Shown: positions 1-9,200 of the stretch, in pieces
Numbering within the stretch: position 1 is the stretch's first letter
Layout: the number at the start of each line of letters is the position of its first letter
Source of the DNA: Candidatus Latescibacterota bacterium
GTDB taxonomy: Bacteria > Latescibacterota > UBA2968 > UBA8231
Length of the DNA stretch: 64,000 nt
Assembly (NCBI GenBank): GCA_965197905.1
Contig: CBDAOB010000005.1
Span: 608,001 to 672,000, forward strand
Reading direction: 5' to 3'
Notes under the pieces: generated by a model
What the model saw: the letters and a program-made list of their open reading frames with translations, nothing else
The model's database searches: none
Told to the model about the DNA's origin: nothing
Position numbers and translations under genes: made by a program

Positions 1-954
1 CTCGGGGTTTACCAGGAACTCGGGCTGTTCGCCGCGGAAAATAGCGGCCATATCGCGGGCCATGGAGCCGAAGATGTTTTCGGTGGAGCGAAACGTGACG
101 CCGAGCGAGTGGGGTGCGGTCAGACACTTGGCGCGCTGAAAGATCGGGTGGCTGACATCGGGCGGCTCAGGCGAAAAAACGTCGAGACCCACGCCCGCGA
201 GACGACCATCCGCCATCGCCTCCTCCAGCAGATCGAGGCTTTCAATCAACTCGCCCCTTGCCATATTCACCAAATAACAGTCCTGCCTAAGAAGGCCGAG
301 CAATTTGCCGTTGATCAATCCCTTGGTTTCATCCGTAACGACGGCGTGAACGCTGATGAAGTCGGATCGCTCGAACAGCTGCTCGAGAGACACCAGCGCT
401 GTTTCCAATTCCTCAGCCACCTTTGATTCCACATACGGGTCGTGGGCCAGAATGGTGCACTGAAACGGCTGGAGCATCGTTGCCAGCAATTGGCCGATGC
501 GGCCGAAGCCAACGATGCCTACCGTAGCGCCGTCTAGATCGCGGGTTCTGGTTTCGAATCTACTGTGCCAGTTGCCCGCTTTCAGCTGACCATCCCAGTA
601 GGAAAGATCCTTACACAGGGCCAGCATCAAGGACATGGCGCCTTCCGCCACCGCGCGCGCCCCAGCCCCTGGAGTGAACACCACCGGGATGTTCTTGGCG
701 GTGGCGGCGGCGATATCGATGTTGTTGTACCCCACGCCGCAGCGAGCGATGACCCGCAGTTTCTTGCCGGCCTCGATTACCCGTGCACTGCCGACCCCTT
801 CGCCACGGACCACGAGGGCCATAGCGTCCTCGACCTGTTCGATCAGGGTTTCCTCCGCGAAATCGGGAGCTATGACGATCTCCCCGTACTCCTCGAGGAT
901 TCGGATCGCCAGGTCGGCTATGGGGCCGGTGGCGAGAATCTTTTCTTTAGACAT
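1..954 (-). CDS. D-isomer-specific 2-hydroxyacid dehydrogenase (SerA/phosphoglycerate dehydrogenase-like); 3' end runs off the window
   Basis: Manual translation (absent from the ORF track): MSKEKILATGP...ARCGVGYNNID...TVGIVGFGRIG (Rossmann)...VNMARG...AGVGLDVFSPEP...TAPHSLG. Confidence 0.9.
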   Translation of the reverse strand, partial: MSKEKILATGPIADLAIRILEEYGEIVIAPDFAEETLIEQVEDAMALVVRGEGVGSARVIEAGKKLRVIARCGVGYNNIDIAAATAKNIPVVFTPGAGARAVAEGAMSLMLALCKDLSYWDGQLKAGNWHSRFETRTRDLDGATVGIVGFGRIGQLLATMLQPFQCTILAHDPYVESKVAEELETALVSLEQLFERSDFISVHAVVTDETKGLINGKLLGLLRQDCYLVNMARGELIESLDLLEEAMADGRLAGVGLDVFSPEPPDVSHPIFQRAKCLTAPHSLGVTFRSTENIFGSMARDMAAIFRGEQPEFLVNPE

Positions 955-1136
955 CGTGGCCAATTCTCCCATGGTCTCGAACGAACAGCGGGCTAATCTA
1001 GGCTTGTGAGCAAGGAGGGTCAACCAATGCTCTGCGCAGGCTGGCTCAAGATGTGATCGTGAGAGATGAAGCTGGAAAGGTTGTTGGGAAACGCCGGCTG
1101 AACAATATTAGTCCAACGCATTTCAGAGTGTGAAAG

Positions 1137-2099
1137 ATGACTTCCTTTAACGAATCCGCCAAAAAAACCAGGGCCTGGCTCGAGGCGAACTTCGACCCGG
1201 ACGGTAGCTGCCGCATCAATCCCGAGGACGCCCGGTACTACATGAAAACCCCGTATATGATGACCATGGCGGGTATGCGCGAGAGAGGAGCACGGGTCGC
1301 CCAACAGGTGATGACACGGTTCGTCGGAGATGTCGGCGACTTGGTCTCCTCGGCGCCCCTGGAAAATCGAATCTACGCCATGGGCTGGCTCGTACTGGGT
1401 GCGGTGGTTGCTGAGCGCTTTGATCTGGCACATGTCCTGGCTGATCGGCTCGAGCATTATCAGGACCGCCAAAGCGGGGGAATCGTGCTGCAGGATGAGG
1501 ATGCGGGTGAGGAGGTGGCGGAGGTCTGTTTCTCAGGGGGCGCCGGCATGGCGCTTGCGGCCGCGGGGCGCCTCGAAGCAGCGCGAAGGATGGCCAACAC
1601 CTTCGAAGCGCTTATCGTCGTGCAAGGCGCGGCGGGTTGCTTTTACAACCGCTTCCGGCGGGACGGATCTGTGGTGTTGCGAAAAGCGGGGGGCGAGTGG
1701 GAGAAGGCGTATGATTTACAGCAGGACGAACAGCGTCCCGCCAATTTTGCCACGGTGATCAACACATTGGTGTGGACAGCGCGAGCTCTGCGCGAGGAAG
1801 GTTATTTGCGAGCAGCTCGGAAATATGTTGATCTGGTATATCGGCACCGGCGGAATCCGGCACAGTTTGGGCGCGCCACCAAGTTCGGCTGGTCCATCTT
1901 GAATCTATATGCGGAGACCGGCGACACCGATCTGCTGGAGCGCGCCCGTGAGCTGGGGGAAGTATTGGTGGCAAAACAGAGCCACGACGGGCTCTGGAAC
2001 CCCCAGCCGGGAAACGTGGAGGACGCTCCCGCCTGGGCGCGACTGTCCTATTCCTCTGACTGTGCCATGACCATCTTTGCCCTAGCGAACCTAAGCTAA
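1137..2099 (+). CDS. Hypothetical protein, probable alpha/alpha-toroid fold (prenyltransferase/six-hairpin glycosidase-like)
   Basis: 320 aa ORF; QW-like motifs (QDRQSGG, QSHDGLW) and repeated helical hairpins (LYAETGDTDLLERARELGE). Confidence 0.65.
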   Translation: MTSFNESAKKTRAWLEANFDPDGSCRINPEDARYYMKTPYMMTMAGMRERGARVAQQVMTRFVGDVGDLVSSAPLENRIYAMGWLVLGAVVAERFDLAHVLADRLEHYQDRQSGGIVLQDEDAGEEVAEVCFSGGAGMALAAAGRLEAARRMANTFEALIVVQGAAGCFYNRFRRDGSVVLRKAGGEWEKAYDLQQDEQRPANFATVINTLVWTARALREEGYLRAARKYVDLVYRHRRNPAQFGRATKFGWSILNLYAETGDTDLLERARELGEVLVAKQSHDGLWNPQPGNVEDAPAWARLSYSSDCAMTIFALANLS

Positions 2100-2120
2100 T
2101 AGCCAACAGAAAGGGTTGAA

Positions 2121-2879
2121 ATGACCGAAGATATGGACCCCAGGCGCCATCTGGAACTGGAAGGTACCGTAAATACGAGGGATGTGGGTGGGTACGAAAC
2201 TCGCGATGGCCGGCATACCAAATGGGGTGTCCTTCTGCGCTCCGATTCGCTGCACGAACTGTCGCCGGCCTCCAAGCAAGTGCTGGTGGATTTCGGATTG
2301 AAATCGGTGTTGGACCTCAGGAAGAGTGCCGAGATGCAGAAAACGCGGAACGTGTTCTTCGGCTCTGACACGGTCGATTACTATCACCAGAACATGGTAG
2401 GCGACACTCTCATGCGGGAACGGGAGCATATCCCAGAGGAGCTGGATTACGTCGAGCATATGCGGTGGTCCTACTCGGTGGTGCTCGATCGCCGCAGATC
2501 CCACATACAGGATACCCTCTCACTGTTGGCGCGTCCGGGGACATTGCCCGCACTGGTTCACTGTGCCGGTGGCACCGAACGCACCGGTCTGATCGTCGGG
2601 CTGGTTCTGGGCATCGTAGGAGTTCCCGAAGAGACCATCACGGAGGATTTCGCGCTGACCGCACGATTCACCTATGCCAACTACCTGGAGAAACATCCCG
2701 AGCTATCGGCCGACAGCTACACGCTGGAAGATCATCAAGCGAAAATATGCCGGCCCGACACCATGCTGGCCGTGCTCAGGACGCTGGAAGAGCGTTATTG
2801 CAGCGTTGTCGGGTTTGCCCGCCATATCGGTGTGAGCGAAGAGGAGATGGAGGCCCTGCGGGACGCTCTCCTGGAGTAG
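2121..2879 (+). CDS. Tyrosine/lipid phosphatase, Y_phosphatase3 (IphP/MptpB-like) family
   Basis: NTRDVGGY, LLRSD, VLDLR motifs and a CX5R P-loop HCAGGTERTG. Confidence 0.9.
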   Translation: MTEDMDPRRHLELEGTVNTRDVGGYETRDGRHTKWGVLLRSDSLHELSPASKQVLVDFGLKSVLDLRKSAEMQKTRNVFFGSDTVDYYHQNMVGDTLMREREHIPEELDYVEHMRWSYSVVLDRRRSHIQDTLSLLARPGTLPALVHCAGGTERTGLIVGLVLGIVGVPEETITEDFALTARFTYANYLEKHPELSADSYTLEDHQAKICRPDTMLAVLRTLEERYCSVVGFARHIGVSEEEMEALRDALLE

Positions 2880-2973
2880 TGCCTCGCTAACGCAATAACA
2901 TCACGCGCATTGTCGCCCCGCACCAGGTCGCGGAGAAGCAGAGTTCGCTGAACCTTCCTCGACTACGGTCCCC

Positions 2974-5142
2974 TTGCCCATTCACTCTGAAGACCTTGGT
3001 TTTGCACCTCCTCACCGGCCCACAAAGGTGTTCGGACTGCATGGATATCTTTCCCATGCCAGCGTGTCACGGGGACATCAGCTGGAGATACATGCGAGCA
3101 ACGATGGCCCACTACACCTTCAGCTGCTCCGACTTGGGGTCGGCAAGGTGAACCGGCAGGCCGACGCGATTTCATCGACGGTCCCCATATCCGACCTGGG
3201 TCGCGTCGACTGCGACGAGCGGCCTGTTCATTGCGGAAGTTATGTCCATGTAGCCGACGTGTCCGTTCCTACTGTGTTCGGGTTGGAGGTCTGGTTTCGA
3301 CAGCTGGCTCACCGGGGATGTGCGGGGCTCATCTCCCACGATCGTTTTGCGTTGTCGCTCGGTGCGGAAGGCAGGCTCGAATTTCGCCTCGGTGAAGCGG
3401 CCATCAGGGCGCCGGATGCCCCCTCCTTGAAGATCTGGCATCACGCCTGGACCCAATGCAACGCAGACAAGATCGAATTATTTCTGGATGGCGACCTCGT
3501 GGGCAGTGCGAGCATCCAGAGTGGATCAGAGGGAGCCGGCGGCAGGGAGGGGACGCTCCGCATGGGTGCCTTGCTCAACGACAACAACGAGGCAGATCAT
3601 CTGCTCACCGGTGATCTCTGTGCGCCAGCAGTCTACGACCGGGTGTTCAGTGCAGAGGAAATACGGCATCGCTTTCGCACCAAAGAGCTGGAGCCCGCTT
3701 CCGGTTGCATCGGCCACTGGAAGTTCGATGGCCTGCACGGTCCGCCGTTCCGCGATACCTCTGGCTCGGGGCGGCACGGCCAAGGTGTCAACTATCCGCT
3801 GCGCATGATACCGGGGCCAGGACTGCAAGAGGAACAACCCTGGGCGGAGTTCGATCCGACATCCGACCCGAACCATGGCCACGCCGTGCGCCTGATGGCG
3901 GATCAGCTGGTGGACTGCCGCTGGCCCCAGGTCCTGACCTGGACGGTTCCGGACGATCTGCCTCAAGGCCAGTATGCCATGCGGCTTGAGAATGAAGGCG
4001 GAGACTCGAGAGACCTCCCGTTCATCGTGAGGGCAGCGAAACCTGCTGCCACGCTTATGGTTCTGTCGACGACGGGCACGCGTGTGGCCTACAACTACAT
4101 GCCGTTTGGTGATCCGGAATTGGACTACGGCGCATATCTGAATCATCCCAGCTATCCGATCCTTGGGCATCTGCTCGGTCAACGGCGACCCGCTCGGGGC
4201 GACCCCTATTTCTACCAGGTGGTCAATTTCGAGCTTCCCTTGTGCGCCTGGTTGGATCAGCATCGTATACCGTACGACCTGTATAGCGAGTGGGACCTGG
4301 AGTCGGATCCATCGCTGTTGGTTCATTATGCTGCGGTGGCGTGGGCGGGTCACTGTGAGTACTGGACGGCCACACGGTATGAGGGGTTGTGTCGCTTTCG
4401 CGATCGGGGCGGTCACATCTTGTCGCTCTCTGGAAATACCTGCTTCTGGCGGGTCAGTATCGATCTCGAGAACGAGGTCATGGAGGTCCGCAAGCACGGT
4501 GCCGAGCAGGCCCGAGATAGCTGCATAACCGTAGATGCCATGGTAGACAACTCCCATTGGCACCAGATGGATCACCAGCCGGGCACCCTGATGCAGGCAT
4601 CGGGTTGGCCCCAGTACCGGTTGGGCCTGGGCATGACCAATGGTTGGTCAGTTCCCTGTCGCATCGACGGCGATAGCGCCGGCTACGAGGTGCTGGAGCC
4701 GGAGCACCCCTTGTTTCGCGATCCCCACGAGGTGTCGGTCGAGACTCCGTTTGCCCCCGGCGGCGCCGGTTACGAGACCGATGTCAGCTACCGGTCAATG
4801 GTAGACCGATTCGGCGAGGCTCAGAACCCGGTCCGATCGCCCCGACCGTCGCGGTCTGATGCGAGCACGGAGGGCGCAGCGAAAAACAGCGGCGCCGTAC
4901 TCGCGCGGGCGCGCCTCCAGGACGCTCTTGTCCTGGACCTCGACATGAACAGCACCATCGGCGAGCTGTGGTCCGAGATGCAATTCGGAGAATCGGAAAC
5001 TGGAGGCATCACTTTCGCCGCCGGCAGCTGCATGGCGGCGCTGGTCCTTCTGGAGGATCGGAACTTCTCCAATTTCATGCTCAATGTTCTGCATCGAATG
5101 GGCTTGAACGAAAGTCGCACGAGCGGAGCTGCCGCAAGTTGA
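2974..5142 (+). CDS. N,N-dimethylformamidase large (beta) subunit-like protein with LamG/concanavalin domain
   Basis: LamG-like N-terminal region (GHWKFDG...DTSGSGRHG), then PFIVR, AYN, GHCEYW, LSGNTCFWRV and GYETD motifs typical of the DMFase beta family; TTG start. Confidence 0.8.
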   Translation: MPIHSEDLGFAPPHRPTKVFGLHGYLSHASVSRGHQLEIHASNDGPLHLQLLRLGVGKVNRQADAISSTVPISDLGRVDCDERPVHCGSYVHVADVSVPTVFGLEVWFRQLAHRGCAGLISHDRFALSLGAEGRLEFRLGEAAIRAPDAPSLKIWHHAWTQCNADKIELFLDGDLVGSASIQSGSEGAGGREGTLRMGALLNDNNEADHLLTGDLCAPAVYDRVFSAEEIRHRFRTKELEPASGCIGHWKFDGLHGPPFRDTSGSGRHGQGVNYPLRMIPGPGLQEEQPWAEFDPTSDPNHGHAVRLMADQLVDCRWPQVLTWTVPDDLPQGQYAMRLENEGGDSRDLPFIVRAAKPAATLMVLSTTGTRVAYNYMPFGDPELDYGAYLNHPSYPILGHLLGQRRPARGDPYFYQVVNFELPLCAWLDQHRIPYDLYSEWDLESDPSLLVHYAAVAWAGHCEYWTATRYEGLCRFRDRGGHILSLSGNTCFWRVSIDLENEVMEVRKHGAEQARDSCITVDAMVDNSHWHQMDHQPGTLMQASGWPQYRLGLGMTNGWSVPCRIDGDSAGYEVLEPEHPLFRDPHEVSVETPFAPGGAGYETDVSYRSMVDRFGEAQNPVRSPRPSRSDASTEGAAKNSGAVLARARLQDALVLDLDMNSTIGELWSEMQFGESETGGITFAAGSCMAALVLLEDRNFSNFMLNVLHRMGLNESRTSGAAAS

Positions 5143-5144
5143 GC

Positions 5145-7091
5145 ATGGACCCACACAAGTCGGCAGTGCAGCCCCGGATTACCCTGAGGGCGCTCCTTCT
5201 TGGAGCCCTCACCATAGGTCTCACGTTCTATTACGCTATCACGGAAGTACAGGGGCAGGGGGTCGGCGGTTTCGTGCTGTCGCAGATGCCGATTCTCGTG
5301 CTCGTGCCTTTCTTCACCTGGCTGTTCCTGAACGTGGCCCTCAAATGGCTGTGGCCTGCCATAGCTCTCAGAAGAGATGAGCTGCTGACGATCTTCTGCA
5401 TGCTTTGGGTGGTCGGCACCGTCCCCCACATAGGATGGAGTGGCTATTGGGTGATCGTGCTAGCGATTCCCACCTATTTTGCTTCCGCGGAGAATCAGTG
5501 GGCCGAGGTGTTCTTTGACCTGATGCCGTGGCACCTTTTTCCGGAGTCCTCGGCGAGAGTCATAGACGGGGTCTGGCAGGGGCTGCCACAAGGGGCGGAG
5601 ATTCCGTGGGAGGGGTGGTTGGGGCCGATTGCGCAGTGGCTCGGGGTCTCTATGGGGCTGGTGGTGTTCGGGTTTTGTCTCGTTGCCGTCTTCCAGCGTC
5701 AGTGGGAGGCAAGAGAGAAACTCACCTTTCCTCTGGCGCAGCTGCCGCTAGATCTCACCGCCGGATTCGATTCCAGCCGTCGACTACCCGACATCTTTCG
5801 ATCGAGGTTATTCTGGATCGGTTTTTTTCTGGTTTTCGGCGTCGTGGTGTACAACGTCGCTACCTATTTCTCTCCTGGAATAAGACCTATGGGGATCTAC
5901 TGGGAGATGTACGAAATCGAGTTCCCAGAGCCGTATCCCTCCATCCGCGTGCGTATCATGCCTCTGATCATGGCGGTGACCTATCTCTGTCCGTTGGATA
6001 TCCTCGGCAGCATGGTGCTCTTTCACCTCCTGGCCAAGGGCAAGATGGGTGTCATAGACCGGCTAGGCTTGAGTTTTGGAGAAGAGGGCCGAACCCTGAC
6101 ATCCAATACGGTGCTGCACCTGGAGAGTTATGGGGCCATGATCTTTATCGGCTTGTGGTCCGTCTGGCTGGCCCGTGGCCACTTGCGCCGCGTTTGGCAA
6201 CAGGTGCGTCTGGGCTCCGGCGATCGGGCCGATGTGCGCCTCTACCGCCTCGCCGTTGGCGGATTGCTGCTGTCAGCCCTCTACGTGGTGAGCTGGCTGA
6301 TAATGTTGGGCATGAGTCCACAGCTGGCGGTATTGGTTTTCCTGGTTACGGTTTTGACCTATCTGGTCATCGTCAAGCTGATCGCCGCCACCGGGTGCGC
6401 TTACCTGCTCACCGATTGGGGGCATGTGAAGGCAGAGTCGTTTGTGCACCATCTGCTGGGTACCGAGCGCCTGTCGCCACAGGACATCGTCGGTTTCGGG
6501 ATTTATACGAGCCGCAGTTTTTTTGGTAATCTGCGCATACCGGCGTGGCCATCCCTGCCCCACGTGTTGCGAATATTTCCGCTGCGAGATCAGCCAGGTT
6601 GGGTTACAGCGCTCATTTTCTTGGCTTTTCCAGTCGGTTTTCTGACAGCGGTGGGGGCTACCCTCGAGATGGGGTATGTCAGGGGCGGGCTGGTGTCCAG
6701 CGCCGGCGGCGCCATCGGCGAATACGACCAGATTGCCCGCTTGATTCAAAACCCGACCGCAACCGATCCGGACCGTTGGGGCGTTTTTTCGTTTGGTCTG
6801 CTCGAAGCGGCCTGTCTGGCGTTTCTCCGCGGACATTTCCACTGGTTCCCGCTGCATCCGGTTGGCGTCGCGTTCCAGAACACGATCGTTTCCTCCCGCT
6901 ACTGGTTCTCGCTCTTCCTGGTCTGGCTGGTAAAGCTGATGCTGCTGCGCTACGGCGGAGTCCGCGCCTACCTCACCGCCAAACCGTTTTTCTACGGTCT
7001 CGGAGTGGGGTATGTTTCCGGCGTCATCCTTTCGGTCACCGTGGATCTGATCTGGTTCCCCGGCGGCGGTCATCTCATCCACAACTGGTAA
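5145..7091 (+). CDS. Polytopic membrane protein, DUF6785/DUF6784-like (putative OPT-like transporter), copy 1
   Basis: ATG 5145, 2 nt after the upstream stop; ITLRALLLG, ELLTIF, RQWEAREKLTFPLAQLP, WFPLHPVG, RYGG..Y...KPFFYGL motifs; many TM segments. Confidence 0.85.
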   Translation: MDPHKSAVQPRITLRALLLGALTIGLTFYYAITEVQGQGVGGFVLSQMPILVLVPFFTWLFLNVALKWLWPAIALRRDELLTIFCMLWVVGTVPHIGWSGYWVIVLAIPTYFASAENQWAEVFFDLMPWHLFPESSARVIDGVWQGLPQGAEIPWEGWLGPIAQWLGVSMGLVVFGFCLVAVFQRQWEAREKLTFPLAQLPLDLTAGFDSSRRLPDIFRSRLFWIGFFLVFGVVVYNVATYFSPGIRPMGIYWEMYEIEFPEPYPSIRVRIMPLIMAVTYLCPLDILGSMVLFHLLAKGKMGVIDRLGLSFGEEGRTLTSNTVLHLESYGAMIFIGLWSVWLARGHLRRVWQQVRLGSGDRADVRLYRLAVGGLLLSALYVVSWLIMLGMSPQLAVLVFLVTVLTYLVIVKLIAATGCAYLLTDWGHVKAESFVHHLLGTERLSPQDIVGFGIYTSRSFFGNLRIPAWPSLPHVLRIFPLRDQPGWVTALIFLAFPVGFLTAVGATLEMGYVRGGLVSSAGGAIGEYDQIARLIQNPTATDPDRWGVFSFGLLEAACLAFLRGHFHWFPLHPVGVAFQNTIVSSRYWFSLFLVWLVKLMLLRYGGVRAYLTAKPFFYGLGVGYVSGVILSVTVDLIWFPGGGHLIHNW

Positions 7092-7257
7092 GGGCGATCC
7101 GGTCGCCTTCACAGACCCGATTTTTTAGATTAACACAGGCTGCTGAGTACCCTGCCCGCGGCCTCATATCCGACCGCCCATACCGGAGGCTTCACGTTCT
7201 GCAGCGATAGGGGCCGCGATTACTTCCGTTCCGCCAAGTTCCCATCCCAATCTCAAG

Positions 7258-9195
7258 TTGGAGACCGACGACACGCCAGCGATTACCGCCCGAGCGATAA
7301 TTCTCGGAGCACTAACAGTTGCTGTCGCCCTCTATTATCTGATTACCGAAATCGCCGGACGGGGCATGGGTGGGTTCGTCGCTTCGCAGTTGCCTATGGT
7401 TGCGTGGGTGCCGTTCGTGCTCTGGCTCTTCGCCAACCTCGTGCTGCACCGCATGTGGCCCAGGATTGCGCTTCGCCGCGGCGAACTGCTCACCATCTTC
7501 GCCATGCTCTGGGTTGTGGGCGCGATCCCGCAATGGGGCTGGGTGAGCTACTGGGTCATGTGGCTGGCCGTGCCGCCCTACTTCGCCTCTCCGGAGAATC
7601 AATGGGCAGAGACCTTCTTCGATTACCTCCCCTGGCACGCCTTTCCGGATACCTCCCCGCGGGTGCTGCACGGTCTCTGGCAGGGGTTGCAGGAGGGGGC
7701 GCCGATCCCGTGGGAGGCGTGGATCGGCCACACAGCCAACTGGCTCGGGGTCTCCCTGGCGATGGTGGTCTTCGGCTTCTGCATGGTCTTGCTGCTGCAG
7801 CGCCAATGGGAGGTACACGAGAAGCTCACCTTTCCCCTGGCGCAGCTGCCTCTGGACCTGACCGCCGGATTCGACGATAGCGTGGGCGTTCCTCTGATTT
7901 TTAGGAAACCGCTGTTCTGGGTCGGCTTCTTCGTCGTGTTCGCTCCCGGTCTCTACAACATCATTACCTATTTTACTCCAGGCCTGCCCACGATTGAGCT
8001 ATATTGGAAGTGGTACACCGCCGAACTGCCCCCAGGTTATCCCGAGCTCTACTTTCGTGTCATGCCGCTGGTCATTGCCGTGACCTATCTCTGTCCGCTG
8101 GATATTCTCGGAAGCATGGTGGCATTCGCGGCGCTCGCTTTTCTCAAGGGTTCGCTGATGGGCCGGTTCGGCTTCTCTCTCGGATCCGAGGGGCAGCCGT
8201 TGGAGTGGGGCAGAATTCTACATCTGGAAAGCTATGGCGCCATGCTTTTCCTGGGGCTATGGTCGATCTGGCTTGCCCGTGGTCATCTGCGTCGCGTCTG
8301 GAGGCAGGTGCGACACGGTGTGGGAGACCGGGGAGAGGTGGCCCGCTATCGCTGGGCTTACCTCGGCCTGGTGCTCTCCAGCATCTACGTGATCACCTGG
8401 GCCGTGGGTCTGGGCGTCAGCCTGCCGCTGGCGATATGCGTGTTTGTGGTGATGTTTCTCACCTATCTGGTTCTCATCAAGCTGATCGCCGCCACCGGCT
8501 GCGCCTACCTGCTAACCGACTGGAGCCACATGAAGGCGGAAACCTTCGTACAGGAGCTGATCGGCAACGCCAACCTGTCGCCGCAGAACTACGTCGCCTT
8601 CAAGGTGTTCGTCGGCCGCGCCTTCTTCGGCAATCTGCGCATTCCGACATTGCCGGCCCTGCCCCACGTCTTCCGCATTTTCTCGTTGAATCGGCAGCCA
8701 GGGTGGGTAACAACCCTCGTTTTTGTCGCCTTCCCGCTGGGGTTCGTGGTGTCGGTCATAGCAACCTTGGAGCTGGGTTACACCCGGGGAGAGCTGATCT
8801 TCGAATCAAGGGGGGTCATCGGCAACGTCAACTACATCTTCGTCTATCTCGACAATCCGACCGAGCTGGATCTGCACCGCTGGGCAGTCTGGTTCCTCGG
8901 GTTCTTCGAGGCCGCGGCGCTCGCATTTCTGCGCTCGAGGTACTATTGGTTTCCGTTGCACCCGGTCGGCCTGGCGTTTCAATGGACGATTGTCGCCATC
9001 GTCTACTGGAGCACGTTGATGCTCGTCTGGCTGGCCAAGCTAGTCATCCTTCGTTTCGGCGGCGTGCGCGCCTACCTCGCTGGCAAGCCGTTCTTCTACG
9101 GGCTGGGAATCGGCTACGTGGTTACGGTCATTGTCTCGGTGACCGTGGACCTGATCTGGTTTCCCGTCGCCGGTCACAGGATACACGGCTGGTAA
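7258..9195 (+). CDS. DUF6785/DUF6784-like polytopic membrane protein, copy 2
   Basis: Same motifs as copy 1 (RQWEVHEKLTFPLAQLP, WFPLHPVG, KPFFYGL); TTG start. Confidence 0.85.
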   Translation: METDDTPAITARAIILGALTVAVALYYLITEIAGRGMGGFVASQLPMVAWVPFVLWLFANLVLHRMWPRIALRRGELLTIFAMLWVVGAIPQWGWVSYWVMWLAVPPYFASPENQWAETFFDYLPWHAFPDTSPRVLHGLWQGLQEGAPIPWEAWIGHTANWLGVSLAMVVFGFCMVLLLQRQWEVHEKLTFPLAQLPLDLTAGFDDSVGVPLIFRKPLFWVGFFVVFAPGLYNIITYFTPGLPTIELYWKWYTAELPPGYPELYFRVMPLVIAVTYLCPLDILGSMVAFAALAFLKGSLMGRFGFSLGSEGQPLEWGRILHLESYGAMLFLGLWSIWLARGHLRRVWRQVRHGVGDRGEVARYRWAYLGLVLSSIYVITWAVGLGVSLPLAICVFVVMFLTYLVLIKLIAATGCAYLLTDWSHMKAETFVQELIGNANLSPQNYVAFKVFVGRAFFGNLRIPTLPALPHVFRIFSLNRQPGWVTTLVFVAFPLGFVVSVIATLELGYTRGELIFESRGVIGNVNYIFVYLDNPTELDLHRWAVWFLGFFEAAALAFLRSRYYWFPLHPVGLAFQWTIVAIVYWSTLMLVWLAKLVILRFGGVRAYLAGKPFFYGLGIGYVVTVIVSVTVDLIWFPVAGHRIHGW

Positions 9196-9200
9196 CGCGG

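Noticed and set aside
109..1009. Plus-strand ORFs 109-426, 565-996 and 635-1009
   Set aside because: They are shadow frames of the minus-strand dehydrogenase that the ORF track missed because it is truncated by the window edge.
4968..5144. N-terminal extension of membrane paralog 1
   Set aside because: It overlaps the DMFase-like gene; ATG 5145 aligns with the starts of the other paralogs.
8004..9200. 1047-aa ORF 8004-11147 as a giant fusion protein
   Set aside because: The first 399 aa are an off-frame overlap of membrane paralog 2; homology with the other paralogs starts at ATG 9201.
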